A stretch of 63,840 nt of DNA, filler included, from Craspedostauros australis (taxonomy: Eukaryota): the NCBI GenBank assembly GCA_030167865.1. It is 16 parts of 16 records of this genome, joined end to end, with 100 filler letters (N's around TTAATTAATTAA, not from the genome) between each part and the next. Parts side by side here need not be neighbours in the genome. Positions count along the whole stretch, not along the records: positions 1 to 6,530 come from JALAGF010000761.1; positions 6,631 to 12,387 come from JALAGF010000762.1; 14 more parts are not named here. One strand, written 5' to 3'. Below, in pieces: positions 1 through 12,055 of the stretch. The position numbers were made by a program, and so were the translations under genes. The first letter of the stretch is position 1. Every line of letters begins with the position of its first letter. The notes beneath the pieces were generated by a model. That model ran no database searches. It was not told where the DNA came from and saw only the letters and a program-made list of their open reading frames with translations.

Positions 1-248
1 TTCTATCATGCTAATCATGTCAAGGGCTGGGATCTTACAGCCAAGCAGTCTTTGCAGTTCGATGCAATCACTCTTGTGATTCAAACATAAGCTGCAATGA
101 ACCTCTTGACAGGCATCTGTGATTGGTAGTCTCCAATCCCTTGTAGCTTGATAATTCTCACTTGGTCTTGGTTCGTACCCAGGGGTACGCGCTTCGCGTT
201 GGCGGACAGTCGTGAGAAAACCAAGACCAAATATTTTTGGGGGGAAAT

Positions 249-519
249 TGTCAAATTGGACTAATCCGATTACAAGGAAACTCCGAAGAGTGTCCTGCTG
301 TCGGACGTCCAGGGCCTCATGTTGTAACTGTACTCGTAGCCTGGGTGGGTTCGCTCTCTGGAGCGAGAGAGAGAGAGTGGACGCAGCCACCCACTTGCGA
401 TGTATTATAATACATAGCAAACACTACAGACGCACCAATGCCAGCAGTGTCACAATACTCGCAGCTCGTATTGCAACGTTATTCTCCCCGAGTAGGTTAG
501 CTTGGGCGTTTGGTGGACA
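249..519 (+). mobile_element. Probable 3' LTR of an LTR retrotransposon extending off the left edge
   Basis: Purine tract GGGGGGAAA immediately before TGTCAAA (249); ends TGGACA (519); internal TATTATAA and (GA)n. No second copy in the window to confirm it. Confidence 0.45.
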
Positions 520-736
520 TCAATGAAGAGCACTGATGCGGGTTAGCTGCAGAATTGTTGAGACATGTACGAGGTACTCTATACATACTCGTGCAATATG
601 CGCCGCGGATAGATCCTTCCTTTCTAGCGAGTAGTTGCACTTGCATACTATTGAGAGTCTGCTCCTTGTCCCATCACTCCTACTCTTGCAATCATGCTGG
701 GCTCGACTCGGCTCAACTCGACCCGCCTTGCGCCCT

Positions 737-2041
737 TCAGGGATAAAATCTCGTGACGGCATCGTTGAATCCCTGCAGGAGCTTGCCCACGCCGAGATCA
801 GCGTCAATGTCGGAGTAGTCAGTGGGTGCCGTGTTGGTGCTGGTCTTGACGTAGAGGAAAGCGTTGCCATCCTGATCGCGGCTGATGCGGAAGGTCTCGT
901 CGAGGTACGTGGTGCGGAAGATGGGGCGCGGCGTGGTGTAGGCGGCGACGTTGTTTTCGAGAAAGTCGGCCAAGGATCGAGATTGCAGCTTGACGTATCC
1001 GGTATCGAACAGCTGACGCAGACCCGGCAGGTTGGATCCCTTGATCTCGACCGTGTCCATGTAGAGCTCGAATGCATCGCCGGTGGCAGTGGCGTTCCAG
1101 TCGGCCGAACTGACGATGGCACCATCGATGGTGGCCGGCATGCCACCTGAGTATCGGAAGGGTGTGAGATCTGAGAGGAAGGGAACGGCACCGGCCTTGA
1201 CCTCGAATTCGGAAACGAGCCTGTTGCTGCCATCATCACCGGGCGCGATGATCTGGCGGACGGGCCCGATGTTGGAGATGGCCAGTGCCTTGCGGTGCAT
1301 GTCACAGAACCAGTTGTACTGATCCCGCTGCGCGTCCGTGGTGCAGACCGCGCGGCCGGCCATGAAGAAGGGACTGCTGCGGAAGAGCTCGGTGGTGGAG
1401 TAGACGAGCTCCCACGTTCCGTAGACGAGGGAGGCGTCATTGGCCGGCTGCGATGTGGGGTTGCCGGCCTCGATGGTGGCGAGCACGGCCTGGGCCGACT
1501 TGCGCTGCTGTGGCGAGGCGAATTCTCCTCGCGACGTAATGGCACCAAGCGATTGGAGGAACTGCAGATTCTGGGCGACAGTTGGAGTGGAGGCTGTTTC
1601 AACCGTCGCTCCAGCTGCAGCTGGTTCTGGCGTTGGTTCGGGCGTTGCCTCTGTTTCTGTCTCGGTTGCAGGCTCAGCTGCAGGCTCAGAAGCCACTTCC
1701 GCGACAGGCTCATCGGCCTTGTCGCTGACCTCGTTCTTCTCTTCCTCCTTTGGCTCATCGGCGACCTGATGCTGATTCTGCTTGTTCTTTCTCTTCTTCT
1801 TCTTCTTGCTCTTCTTGGCATCGGCATCAGCGTCGGCAGGATTGTCATCGCTGCTGGTGCCATCGGCACTCATGAAGAGCGCCGTCCGCGAATGACGGAG
1901 AGCATGCCGTTGCACCATGCCATTGCGCACAGCTGTTCTCGCGGCAGCATCATTCGCAGGGATGGAGAAGGCAGCGACCGAAGCAGCTGTGGTGATCGCG
2001 GCCAAGGCGGTCAGGAACAACGATGATGGGAGCAGCTTCAT
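737..2041 (-). CDS. Plastid lipid-associated protein (PAP/fibrillin family)
   Basis: Signal peptide MKLLPSSLFLTALAAITTAASVAA-F with ASAFAP-like cleavage; fibrillin motifs LVYGTWELVYST, VRQII and FRTTYLDETFRISRDQDGNAFLY. Confidence 0.85.
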   Translation of the reverse strand: MKLLPSSLFLTALAAITTAASVAAFSIPANDAAARTAVRNGMVQRHALRHSRTALFMSADGTSSDDNPADADADAKKSKKKKKRKNKQNQHQVADEPKEEEKNEVSDKADEPVAEVASEPAAEPATETETEATPEPTPEPAAAGATVETASTPTVAQNLQFLQSLGAITSRGEFASPQQRKSAQAVLATIEAGNPTSQPANDASLVYGTWELVYSTTELFRSSPFFMAGRAVCTTDAQRDQYNWFCDMHRKALAISNIGPVRQIIAPGDDGSNRLVSEFEVKAGAVPFLSDLTPFRYSGGMPATIDGAIVSSADWNATATGDAFELYMDTVEIKGSNLPGLRQLFDTGYVKLQSRSLADFLENNVAAYTTPRPIFRTTYLDETFRISRDQDGNAFLYVKTSTNTAPTDYSDIDADLGVGKLLQGFNDAVTRFYP

Positions 2042-2706
2042 GATGATGGATGATGGATGATGGATGCTTGATGATTGTGTGGGGATGTGGGGTATGTATG
2101 CCAGTGCACTGAGAGTGGATGTGAGGGAGAGTCCTTGTTGTGAGAATTCGAAGGACTGCTCTGCTGAAACAATCTCCACCACATCAGGCAACGGCCGTTG
2201 CTTTCGCCTTGTCCATCTCCATCAGATCATTCTCCAAATCTGAAGCAGTGATCATTGCTGTTGATGTCGGAACACGTCGCAAACAAGATGTTGTTGTGTT
2301 GGTCGTCTCCATTCCACGCCGACGAATCCGCGCACACCACAGAAAGCAAAGAACCCAAAAAACGTCAGTGGAGCGGTCAAATGAATCGATCACGAATACA
2401 GAACCACGATTCGATGAATCCATCTCAGTCACTGTCTAACGGGATCAGAACAACTGTATCACGAGATGGACTCATAACCCCGGCCTGTTCTCAACCGTGC
2501 CATCTGCGCGGTTTTGTGCAAAACCAACCAAACCAGAACCCAATTGCGGATCCAACACAATCTCGACCATCATGAATCACCTCTCACCAAAACGTCGACG
2601 CTGTTCTCGTGTGCGCCGATGCGGATTCGCGGTAAACCCTGCCACACGACATGTCATGTGATGCGATGCGATGTGAAGAAAGAGAAAGAGAGAGGGAGAT
2701 CGGATG

Positions 2707-2766
2707 CCAACCAACCAAACCAAACCAAACTAAACCAAACTAAACCAAACTAAACCAAATTAAACC
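2707..2766. repeat. (AAACC/AAACT)n pentanucleotide microsatellite
   Basis: Directly visible tandem array. Confidence 0.9.
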
Positions 2767-3581
2767 GATCCAACAGGAAAGATCATCCATCCATACGCTT
2801 GGCTCACTTCCATCCACAACAACAGGAGTGGTCATAGGTGCTCACAATCATCCAATCATCCAATCATCCACTCAGAGCAGCAGTGAAACAGCAGCACGGA
2901 CACTCGCAAGCACCGAGAATCAAGCAGGAAAGATGGGATCCAAGACCAAGAAGCAAGAGGTGAGGAAAGAAGGAAGGAAGGAAGGAACGAAGAGCATGTC
3001 AAAGTAGCAACAACAGTGGTGGAACTCGCGTCTAGGGCAACAACATTGGGCAGAATGGGGATGGCATCATGTTTGTCAAGCCATCGCCTCACCTCGATGG
3101 AGGTTACACGGTTCTTCTTCTGCTCTCTCTCTCTCTCTCTCGAGACCGGGCGGCCATCTGCGGTGGGCAGCTGGTGCTGTCCAGCTTCAACCAACTGCCC
3201 ACAAACGCAACGGCCCTCTGGACGGCATCCATCTATCCCTCGCCGGATGCGCAGTGCGATCAATAATATTCATTGCGACACTCTATTCAGAATCATGTCG
3301 CACGCGTTTCGTCGTCCAGGTTACGTGCGATTCGACATCTCATGGGCATTATCACATCTCGCGATTGTCCCTTGGCTCGTACGAGCAGAGAACCTCTCAT
3401 GCATTATTCTGACCTCATTCATCCCTTCTCTGCAAAATTCTGCCACTTTGGTGATGTGATCCCGATGCTCCGTCAATTATACTCCATTATCTTCGGATGT
3501 GATGCTGTGGAATGCTCCATGCAACTCAACTTCAACTCAACTTCAACCATCCTAACCAATATCATCAACGACGCCTCACAG

Positions 3582-4916
3582 AAGAAGGCAGCCGCCAAGG
3601 CCGCAGAAAAGAAAAAGGAGGAAAGCGAAAGCGACAGTGACAGCGATTCTTCTTCCTCCTCCTCCAGCAGCAGTAGCAGCGAGTCGGAGAAAGCCCCGCC
3701 CAAGAAGGCCGCTCCAAAAAAGAAGGATGACAGCAGTAGCAGCAGTGACAGCGATAGCTCATCCGATTCGGACAGCGACGACGACAGCGATGCCAACAAG
3801 AAGGTGGTCACCGCCGACACCAAGAAGGTGACGGAAGACGGCAGCAGCTCGTCCGACTCTGACTCCAGCGACGATGAGGATGAGGATGATGGTGACAAGA
3901 AGAAGATTGCAGACAAGGCAAAGACTGTATCCAAGGAGAAGAAGGATGATGACGACGACAGTTCGTCCAGCTCCGGCTCTTCCAGCTCCAGCTCCGATTC
4001 TAGCGACTCTGACGACGACGATGATGATGACGACAAAAAGTCCAACGGGACCAACGGCAGCAAAAAGCGCAAGGCCGACGATGAGGCCGACGAAGCCCCC
4101 AAGGCCAAGGTCCAAGCTTCGGAGGGTGGCGATGCCAACACCAAGCTCTACATCCGCGGTCTGCCATGGCGCGCAACCGAGGACGAGGTTCGCGATTTCT
4201 TTGCCGGCTGCGGTCAGGGAACCACCTCCGTCGAGCTGCCGCTGCAGGCGGACGGCCGTTCCTCGGGAACCGCCATCATCGGTTTTGCCACTGCAGATTG
4301 CGCAACCGCCGCCATGGAGTACAACGGAGCCGACTTCCAAGGACGTTGGTTGTCCATCAAGTACTCAAGCGCTAAACCCATCCTCGCACCCCGAGATCCA
4401 ACCCCCAAGCCGCAGAACTGCAGGACGGTCTTCATTGGCAACCTCTCGTGGGATGTCGATGAGGACATCGTGCGTGCCAGCTTCGGAGAGTGCGGTGAGA
4501 TCACGCAGATCCGATTCGCGCTGGACAGGGAATCCGGAGACTTCAAGGGATTCGGTCACATCGAGTTCGCCGAGACGGAGGCCACCGATGCGGCGGTCGC
4601 CATGGCTGGCACGGACATCATGGGTCGTGCCGTGCGCGTGGATTTCGCTAAGGATAGGTATACCGACGGCGGAAATGGATTCGGCGGCGGCGGCGGTCGC
4701 GGCGGCAGAGGTCGTGGACGTGGTGGAGGACGCGGGTATGGACGTGGCGGTGGCGGCGGCGGCGGCTTTGGAGGACGCGGCGGCGGAGGTGGATTCGGCA
4801 GGGGCCGTGGTGGTGGTCGCGGTGGAGGCCGAGGCGGCGGACGAGGAGGCTCCTTCAGTCCCAGGAAGACCGGCGGTATCGCAGCGTTTGCCGGCAAGAA
4901 GATCACATTCGATTAG
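3582..4916 (+). CDS. Nucleolin/Nsr1-like protein (main exon; 5' exon unresolved)
   Basis: Ser/Asp-rich acidic tracts, two RRMs (KLYIRGLPW; TVFIGNLSW...FKGFGHIEF), RGG tail and C-terminal FAGKKITFD. Branch point CTAAC at ~3552 and acceptor CAG at 3579-3581. Confidence 0.85.
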   Translation, partial: KKAAAKAAEKKKEESESDSDSDSSSSSSSSSSSESEKAPPKKAAPKKKDDSSSSSDSDSSSDSDSDDDSDANKKVVTADTKKVTEDGSSSSDSDSSDDEDEDDGDKKKIADKAKTVSKEKKDDDDDSSSSSGSSSSSSDSSDSDDDDDDDDKKSNGTNGSKKRKADDEADEAPKAKVQASEGGDANTKLYIRGLPWRATEDEVRDFFAGCGQGTTSVELPLQADGRSSGTAIIGFATADCATAAMEYNGADFQGRWLSIKYSSAKPILAPRDPTPKPQNCRTVFIGNLSWDVDEDIVRASFGECGEITQIRFALDRESGDFKGFGHIEFAETEATDAAVAMAGTDIMGRAVRVDFAKDRYTDGGNGFGGGGGRGGRGRGRGGGRGYGRGGGGGGGFGGRGGGGGFGRGRGGGRGGGRGGGRGGSFSPRKTGGIAAFAGKKITFD

Positions 4917-6235
4917 AGCAAGCCAAACGGCCGATCTAATCCAATCCCATGGTCTGGACGCTTGCGTTCACAAGGACAAGACAACACGGTGGCCACACCA
5001 ACATGAGGAGCAACCTCAGCAACAACATCAGTGGGATGCGAAATGCATCAAGAGTTATTAACTATTCTAATTGAGCAACATATACTTTTTCTCTACAATT
5101 CGAGCAATAGTTGATATGTGACGCAGGGATATCTGAGGATGCGTACAAGGTACGAGCACAAAGCCGTGTATGGATGGTGTGGAACGGTCCGCACAAGCTA
5201 CGATACGAGCCAGAGTCCCGTGTGAGGTACTCCACAACTTGCATGGGAGAGAGCGTCGGTGTGTCTTTGCCATCTCCCACCAAGGAAAAGGAAACGCAAG
5301 AACGAAGATTGAAGCGACAGCATACTAACAATAGTAATATAATATAATGGCATAGAGTATTATATGATCTATTATTAGCATACGTACTATACGTTGGGGG
5401 TAGAGTGGAATAAATTGTACGCGCGGAGCGCCTGTACTCGCACTAGGCCACAGAACCAAGGGGAAGAAACGAAGCGAGACGGAAATGACACCAGTACCAG
5501 CCACAAAGAGTCCCGCCAAAACACCAACACGATTGGCGCGCATCGTGGGAACTTTCCACGATTGGGTCGCACACCAGCGAAGGAGCCGAGTTTGGAAACG
5601 CCGCCGTCATCGTCACTGTCGCTGGAACATGATTGAATTCCGCGAGCAACTCCAACCAGTCCACAGAACGAATACTGGTGACCAGGTACGACCCATAGCA
5701 GCTTGTGTGTAGTCGTACATGTGGTCAATGTTGACGCTGCGTGTGCCTCACCAGGGACGGCAAGCTGAACGCTGGGGCACGCAACACATTGGAAGAACAG
5801 CAGAGTAGACATACGCGTACCATACTATTATACCATACTACCATACTACCATACAACACAAGTAATGCAGATTCCCGAGCGATTCGAGCATACCAGCACG
5901 ATATCTCGAAGAGTCCTCACAATTCTGCGGCGCCTTCCCCCAACAACGAGCATCGTTCTGCCAAGCAACCAAGCAGAGCACAACATTGAGCACAACTTCC
6001 AGCCTCCCGATACATCCCATACCTATAATAGCAGCATATTGGTATTCCTAGAGTGCCATCCCATCCTACGGGTACTCATCTCTTCCACAGTATTCTACTC
6101 TATTTCACTCACACGCCTTCCGCCCATCAATATATGGTGTAGACCGTAGAGTACCATACATAAGTACTCCAAGCACAGACCGACCTCCAAAGCTACTTGC
6201 AAGATCGTCACTCCCAACGCGACGAGTCGCCCACC

Positions 6236-6530
6236 ATGCCCCAACAAAGCCAAACTTCCGGTCGACGCTGGCCTCTTCTTCCATGCTGTTTGGTGGCTGG
6301 AATTCTCTGGTTGACGTTCAACTTTGAGGAAATTCACTCGATGGCCAAAACCCAGCAGCAGCGACAACAGCAACGTAGCATCACGACATCGCCGTTGGCG
6401 CTGGTCTCGGACAATCTCCAATCACCGACAACAGCAGGCGCGCCAGCAGCAGGTGCAGCATCTCGCAAACAAATGGGTCCAATCCCTCCCACCGCGATCC
6501 TTCATCTCGGCCCACGCAAAACGGCAACCA
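6236..6530 (+). CDS. Type II membrane sulfotransferase-like protein, 5' part (cut by gap)
   Basis: N-terminal TM segment, stem, then ILHLGPRKTAT resembling the HIGPxKTGT PAPS-binding loop. Confidence 0.5.
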
Positions 6531-6630
6531 NNNNNNNNNNNNNNNNNNNNNNNNNNNNNNNNNNNNNNNNNNNNTTAATTAATTAANNNNNNNNNNNNNN
6601 NNNNNNNNNNNNNNNNNNNNNNNNNNNNNN
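6531..6630. other. Artificial scaffold spacer (first of 15 identical ones)
   Basis: N44-TTAATTAATTAA-N44, giving stops in all six frames. Confidence 0.97.
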
Positions 6631-6927
6631 ACATGACGGAAGCGGAAGTGACCCTCTTGCGAGAGGGGCACCAGATGGAGTACGGAACGGAGTCGCAGAT
6701 GCGACAGTGGATACAGACCATGGCAGAAGTCCACGCCAAGGTGTCGGCCCGGCGACGGGCGCGCACTATGCAGAATGAGCGACAGCTGATGAGCAACTGG
6801 CTAGGGCTGATGTAATGGGTATTCGACGGCTCGTTCGAAGCTTGGCCCTACGGGGCCAGTGGAGGCGAGGGTAAAGCCTGCAGAGCACATTTATAATGTA
6901 ATCCCTGAGTTATTATTATTATTATTA
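6631..6927 (+). mobile_element. 3' end of a non-LTR retrotransposon (ORF2 C-terminus, 3' UTR, (TTA)n tail)
   Basis: ORF ends QMRQWIQTM...ERQLMSNWLGLM* at 6815; short UTR with stem-loop; (TTA)n tail at 6910-6927. Confidence 0.6.
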
Positions 6928-7117
6928 GAAGCTGCAGGAGCAATCATCCAAGTTGTTCTTGTGAAGCATGAAGACTGTGATCCGATTGAATGGAACGAGT
7001 CAGGTGATGCCTGTGATTCAGCGATGCCTGTGCCAACAAAACTATCGGAGGCAAGACAATGCAATGATTATACGGACATGGGGAACTTGGTGGTGCATGC
7101 ATGTTCATGATGAATTC

Positions 7118-7899
7118 TGTTGGAAATCCAGGGTAGTCATAGTCTAATGCGAATTAAACTGTACTGTTTTAGAACTGTGAGAACAACATCTTCATTTCTT
7201 GCTTCCTGGAATCATTTGCCCATGATCATAGCAGTAGCGCCCTGTAGTTGCTCCTGTATCCATCATTGCAATGTTCCTTCATCGATCACATCTTATTGAG
7301 TATCTCAGGTGCATTTCGTCATGCTCCTCTGTGAGGATTCCCTTCTACACTCCTGCAGTACATGCATGCCGATGTCAAGTTTCACTCTCTTCCGATCAGA
7401 CATCCATCACTTGTTCAGTGCACTCTTCCGTGTCGTTCACTCACTTTTCTCACATGTTCTCCGATGATCACACTTGGGTCAGAACATGATGTTCTGGCAC
7501 GATCAACCCAATCCTTCGATGATGTTCCAGTCCGTGCTTAGTTCTCCTTCGCGGTTCGCTCTCAATCACATAATCATGTTCTGAGTTCTGACACAACACT
7601 GATAGCGCTTTCGCATAGATGTTTGGTTCAACCGGTCAACCGTCGTGTATAGAACACTTCAGTGTTCCAGTCTCCCTTTTTCATCCATTGTTCGCCATGT
7701 CAGTCCGCTAGTCCTCACGAACATGTGACACCTTTAGTCTGTCCGTCATCCGTCATACTCTTGACACACAGAGGAAGATGGCTCACAATCGACCTGGGAG
7801 TGTGTCCGACTTTGATAGTTCGGCCAGTCAATTCTTGGTATTATGGGAGGTGCGGAAATATAGGATATTAAGACATAGTCGTACCCTCGATTCCTGACA
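7118..7899 (-). mobile_element. Solo-like Copia LTR (family B), reverse orientation
   Basis: Termini are reverse complements of the LTR starts at 16153/24226 (TGTYRGGAATCGAGGGTACGAC) and of the LTR end at 16899 (ACCCTGGATTTCCAACA). Confidence 0.8.
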
Positions 7900-8678
7900 G
7901 ACGAGATGACTGATAATCAGCAATTGCATACAGGTGGGCACCAAACACTGCACTTACTACGCCGCCAGGGTGATCAATCCATCAGGTGAAGTTGGTTATG
8001 TTTGGTGATTGTTGTTGCTAGGTTAGTGGTGTATGCAATTGATGATTGTTGAGATATTGTGAGCACAAGATCTCATTCATAGTTTCGGAACTCCGGCAAC
8101 TCGAACAGCAATCAAATAAAATCTAAATCAGTAAAAAAAACAGCAAACAACACGAAAATCTCCACGATGTCAAGCAACGAACCGACCATGGCGGACCTTG
8201 AAAAAGGGCCACTTTCCAGCCGCAACAACGGCAATATGGAACAGCCTACACACAACAGCTCCCATGCTCAGGAACCACCTCATCGCAGCAGTGTCACAGC
8301 AAAAAGAGCGGAGGCAAACGGAGGAGAAACGGTCGCACCGGCCCCCGAGGAGTTCACCACCGAGTACAGGCCGAGAACAAGCACGTGGAAAACGACGCAG
8401 AAGAAGTATGGCGACAACATCGAACCGTTCGCGGCAGCCACCGGCAGACATTCCATCGACTACATGGCAGGCCAGATGTGGAGCGCCAGAGCCAATTGGT
8501 ACGGCAAAGATGAGACAGAAGCATCGGCCGCCAACCCTTCAGTCAAAGACTGGGAGCTGTTTTTCAGGCGGGTTCTCAACGGTTGACACACCCAATACGG
8601 CCCAATGAGCCTCCCTTCCGACGACCCAAGGCGCAAGCGGGTGTGCATGACGATCATGCGGATGGCATCCACTGATCC

Positions 8679-10547
8679 TTGGAAAGTCTTCCAGATCAAG
8701 ACAAGCGGCGGAGTCAGCTCCAGATCCAGGCCGGCCAGAGCCTGGGAGGCGGCGCGCAGAGTGCTGGGCACTCGGTGCTGGGCACAAGCACCAACAGATT
8801 CGCGGCGCTGGCGGGTGAAGAGCCAGACACGCAATCGGAACTTGCCGATGACGTGCCAATGCAGGCGAATGACGAAGGCACCACACAGGCCCCGGCGCAA
8901 AAGGCACCCGCACCAGCAGCCCTGGCCCCCAACGGCAGCCGCAGAGAAGCATCGAGACGCCCAGGTGTGACGTTCAGCCAGGTGGCCTCCAAAATTGGAA
9001 GCAATGACCAGTCCACAGAATCCAACACAAGTCAAGTCCTTATCGGGATGCCCAGCCTCCAGCACACAACAAGGTTCATGTTCAAGATCAAGGCCGACCA
9101 AACCAAGCCTGACATCACCAAGGCGCTCCGCGACAGAATCGTGGCGTGGTTTCGGCAAGTCCGAATCGTCAATCCATCTGCTGTCATCTTGCCTTGGAAG
9201 GACACGCTTGACGAGCGCCGATACATCCAGCACGTGGGCCAAGTCCCAGTGGAACTACAGGATCTCCGCGTGTTCTTCAAAGGCATTCGGGCATCCACAA
9301 TGGACAGTGGCCTGACGTACACCAACATCAGAATCACGACAGGCATGCATCCTACCAACATCACTGCTGAAAGAGATGCGGAAATGAATCCGTATTATTA
9401 CAAGCACCAGGAAGGACTATACATCAGCATGCTGCAGGTCGAAAGCACCAAGGAGATCGGATTCCTGCTGTACTCTGGGGGTTTCAACGACGTCAAGGGC
9501 ACCATGGAGCTCATCAACCGTGAGTTCCGCAGGCGCCACAAGAACACCAGAGTCGGCGGAAAGCTCAAGAACATAGTCACGGTGTGCGACAGCACGAAGG
9601 AAGCATACAAGACCAGTGGCAAGCACTGGACGATGCAGCCCTGGCGAGCCATCAAAGTTGAAACAGAGAGCTTGCAAGCAGCCGTCGCGGTGGAAAGAAT
9701 GTGCGCGCTCCTCAATGAAGACGACAACCAACCGGCTGGGAACCGCCTCCGGTTCCTTCCTGAAGCCAGGTACGAGCAGATGACGGAGAAGAAGAGAAGG
9801 CAGCGCGACAGCCTTGTGAAAAAACATCAAGCAGTGTTGTCAAGTCTCAAGTATGTGGATACGGCCAGAGTCACCAAGCTGGACGATCCCGTCCACAGGG
9901 ACAACCGAGAGCACATCACGCTCAGGTCTCACATCATGAGCATGCATGATGATCAAGGGCGACCGATCTTCCAAAGCCTCGATATGGCACGTGCCCACGA
10001 CGATCAACTCATCGGCCACGTGTTTGAGGAGAACATGGCCCAAGCCTCCGCCATCATGAGCCTCCTGCCAGCCGTCGCGTGCATCCAGTTGGGCACCAAG
10101 ACCAAGAAGTGGTTCAGCATCGATGAATGGCACGCAAACCTCAATGTCACGTACGACAGTGAGACTAAGGAGTACAATGCGCCGGATCACAGCAACCTCG
10201 AGCACCTCCTCGAAGAGGAGTTTCCCGCGAGTGTGGTCATCACCAATCTGCCACCAGACCTTGCCACCATGGAGAATCACAGACCGGCAGCACTTGACTA
10301 CAGAAGCCTCTTTGGCACAGGAACTACCGTGAGATTCCACATGACCATGAATTCCGCGGTGACAGGGGTCCCAGGTACAGGAGATGCGGAGTCCATCGAA
10401 ACAACAGAGTCAGAGAAGCGCAGAGAGGCCACAAGAGCATCTGTGCGAGAGCAGGAGCGACAATGCAAGGAGTCCCTCAACCAGGCCAGGCTCGAAATTC
10501 AGCATGCCGAGATCGACAAGCTGCGTAAGGAGCTTGAGGCCCAGTGA
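8679..10547 (+). CDS. LINE ORF1 (probably starts at 8167, with a TGA at 8584 and a frameshift at ~8.7 kb)
   Basis: 622-aa ORF with NRFAAL motif and C-terminal coiled coil, directly upstream of the APE ORF. Confidence 0.65.
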   Translation: MESLPDQDKRRSQLQIQAGQSLGGGAQSAGHSVLGTSTNRFAALAGEEPDTQSELADDVPMQANDEGTTQAPAQKAPAPAALAPNGSRREASRRPGVTFSQVASKIGSNDQSTESNTSQVLIGMPSLQHTTRFMFKIKADQTKPDITKALRDRIVAWFRQVRIVNPSAVILPWKDTLDERRYIQHVGQVPVELQDLRVFFKGIRASTMDSGLTYTNIRITTGMHPTNITAERDAEMNPYYYKHQEGLYISMLQVESTKEIGFLLYSGGFNDVKGTMELINREFRRRHKNTRVGGKLKNIVTVCDSTKEAYKTSGKHWTMQPWRAIKVETESLQAAVAVERMCALLNEDDNQPAGNRLRFLPEARYEQMTEKKRRQRDSLVKKHQAVLSSLKYVDTARVTKLDDPVHRDNREHITLRSHIMSMHDDQGRPIFQSLDMARAHDDQLIGHVFEENMAQASAIMSLLPAVACIQLGTKTKKWFSIDEWHANLNVTYDSETKEYNAPDHSNLEHLLEEEFPASVVITNLPPDLATMENHRPAALDYRSLFGTGTTVRFHMTMNSAVTGVPGTGDAESIETTESEKRREATRASVREQERQCKESLNQARLEIQHAEIDKLRKELEAQ

Positions 10548-12055
10548 AGCAATGCCAACCCCGGGGCCGGGGCACTCCCGCCATGTTAGCAAGCACTGCA
10601 AGCCGCACGCAGTCCGGTGGGCAGAACAACAGGCAAGACAACACCGATCGATCAGGCACGGAAGAGGTGATCGATCAATTCGCCTCCATAGGAGGGGACA
10701 CCCAGCACATCGTCCCAGGTCACATCCGGGTGGCAGCGCTCAACCTCGGAGGCCTGCCCACGAACGAGACTGACCCCAAGTACCAGGATCTCTGGGAAAC
10801 GATCAACAAATACAACGTTGATGTCATGCTCCTGTCAGAGGTAGGCATCAACTGGAGCAAGGTACCGCGGCACAAAAGGCTCCACGAAATCGTCCAGCAG
10901 AACGTGCCCCAATCTTGCACCGTCACGTCGCACAACCAGTCCAACCCGATGCGGGTGCGGCAGTGGGGCGGGACGGCGATCCTTGTCAAGGGCAGCACCA
11001 GGGGCCGCATTCTGACAAGCGAGAAAGATATCCATCAATGGGGCAGATGGGTCAGCGTGCTCCTACAGGGCAAAGGCCACATCAAGGTGAGGCTGGTGGC
11101 AACCTACGTGGCAAACCGGTCGACCAAAACCCCAGGAACCGTATACAACCAGCAGGCATCCAATGCGGCCGCAGTAGGCATCGAAGCGGATCCCATCGAC
11201 CTCCACCTGAGCGAGCTGCAGAGCCAGCTTCATCAATGGCGTCAAGCGGGCGAGACGATCATCTTGGGCGGTGACGTCAACACGGACGTACGGAAGTCCC
11301 GAATGAGTGCGATGCTAGCCGATGAAAGCATGTCAGAAGCACTCTCCATGCAGCACCCGCAGTCAGCAGCCACCCACATTCGAAACCGCAGCAACGTGCA
11401 GATCGACGGCGTCTGGTCCACTCCGGAGGCAGTGGCCACCCAATCCGGGGCCACACCATTCGGCCCGTGGGACCATCGCATGGTATGGGTGGACTACGCA
11501 ACACAACAACTCATGGGTCGAGGCCGCACGCCGACACAGCCATTCCGCGGCCGGAGGCTCCAGCTCCAAAGCCCGGCAACGGTCAACCGGTACCTCGAAT
11601 CGTACGCCAAAGCAGCCCGACAGAGCAGGTTGCTAGACCGCGTCAACGCAATGGAGCGGAAAGTGACGGGGGCGCCGCTCACCCTGGAGCAATCAAGAGC
11701 AATCGAGGATATCGATGCAGATCGCACGAAAGCCATGCTCAGAGCTGAGCGATCGTGCCGCAAAGTCAGAGTGGGGAATGTCCCATACTCGCCGCTGGTG
11801 AATCGCATTCAGAAAGCGCACCAATTCTGGACCGAGTCTCTGCGACGCAGGTCTGGCCACAAGGTCAAGGGATCCACCATTGACAGGCTGAAAAAGAAGG
11901 CACACCTGGAGCACGTCCGCACCCGTGGCATGAGCACAGCAGACATGACAGCCAAGCGAACCAAGGTGTGGCGTCAGCTCAAGAAGGAGAAAAAGCTGGC
12001 GGCACAGCACAGAACAGATTTCCTCTGGGCAAATGAAGGATTTGTTCAAGAAGGC
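10544..12055 (+). CDS. LINE ORF2, AP-endonuclease domain (truncated before RT)
   Basis: IRVAALNLGG, DVMLLSEVGINW, GGTAILV, GRWVSV, IILGGDVN, QIDGVW, WDHRMVWVD. Confidence 0.85.

Larger units (their letters stand above)
8167..12055 (+). mobile_element. APE-type LINE (resembles diatom Ambal-like elements), 5' portion, interrupted by an LTR at 12056
   Basis: ORF1 followed by overlapping ORF2 with APE endonuclease motifs. Confidence 0.85.

Noticed and set aside
520..1869. Long alternative-frame and antisense ORFs over real genes (also 3874-5061, 37835-38959, 38905-39918)
   Set aside because: Shadows of GC-rich codon usage.
3440..3530. Possible intronic C/D snoRNA in the nucleolin gene (CCGTCAATT is complementary to SSU rRNA)
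   Set aside because: Imperfect C box, no downstream CTGA, and the match is not adjacent to a D/D' box.
6575..6586. Recurrent TTAATTAATTAA palindrome between N runs
   Set aside because: Artificial six-frame-stop scaffold spacer, not a biological repeat or CRISPR.
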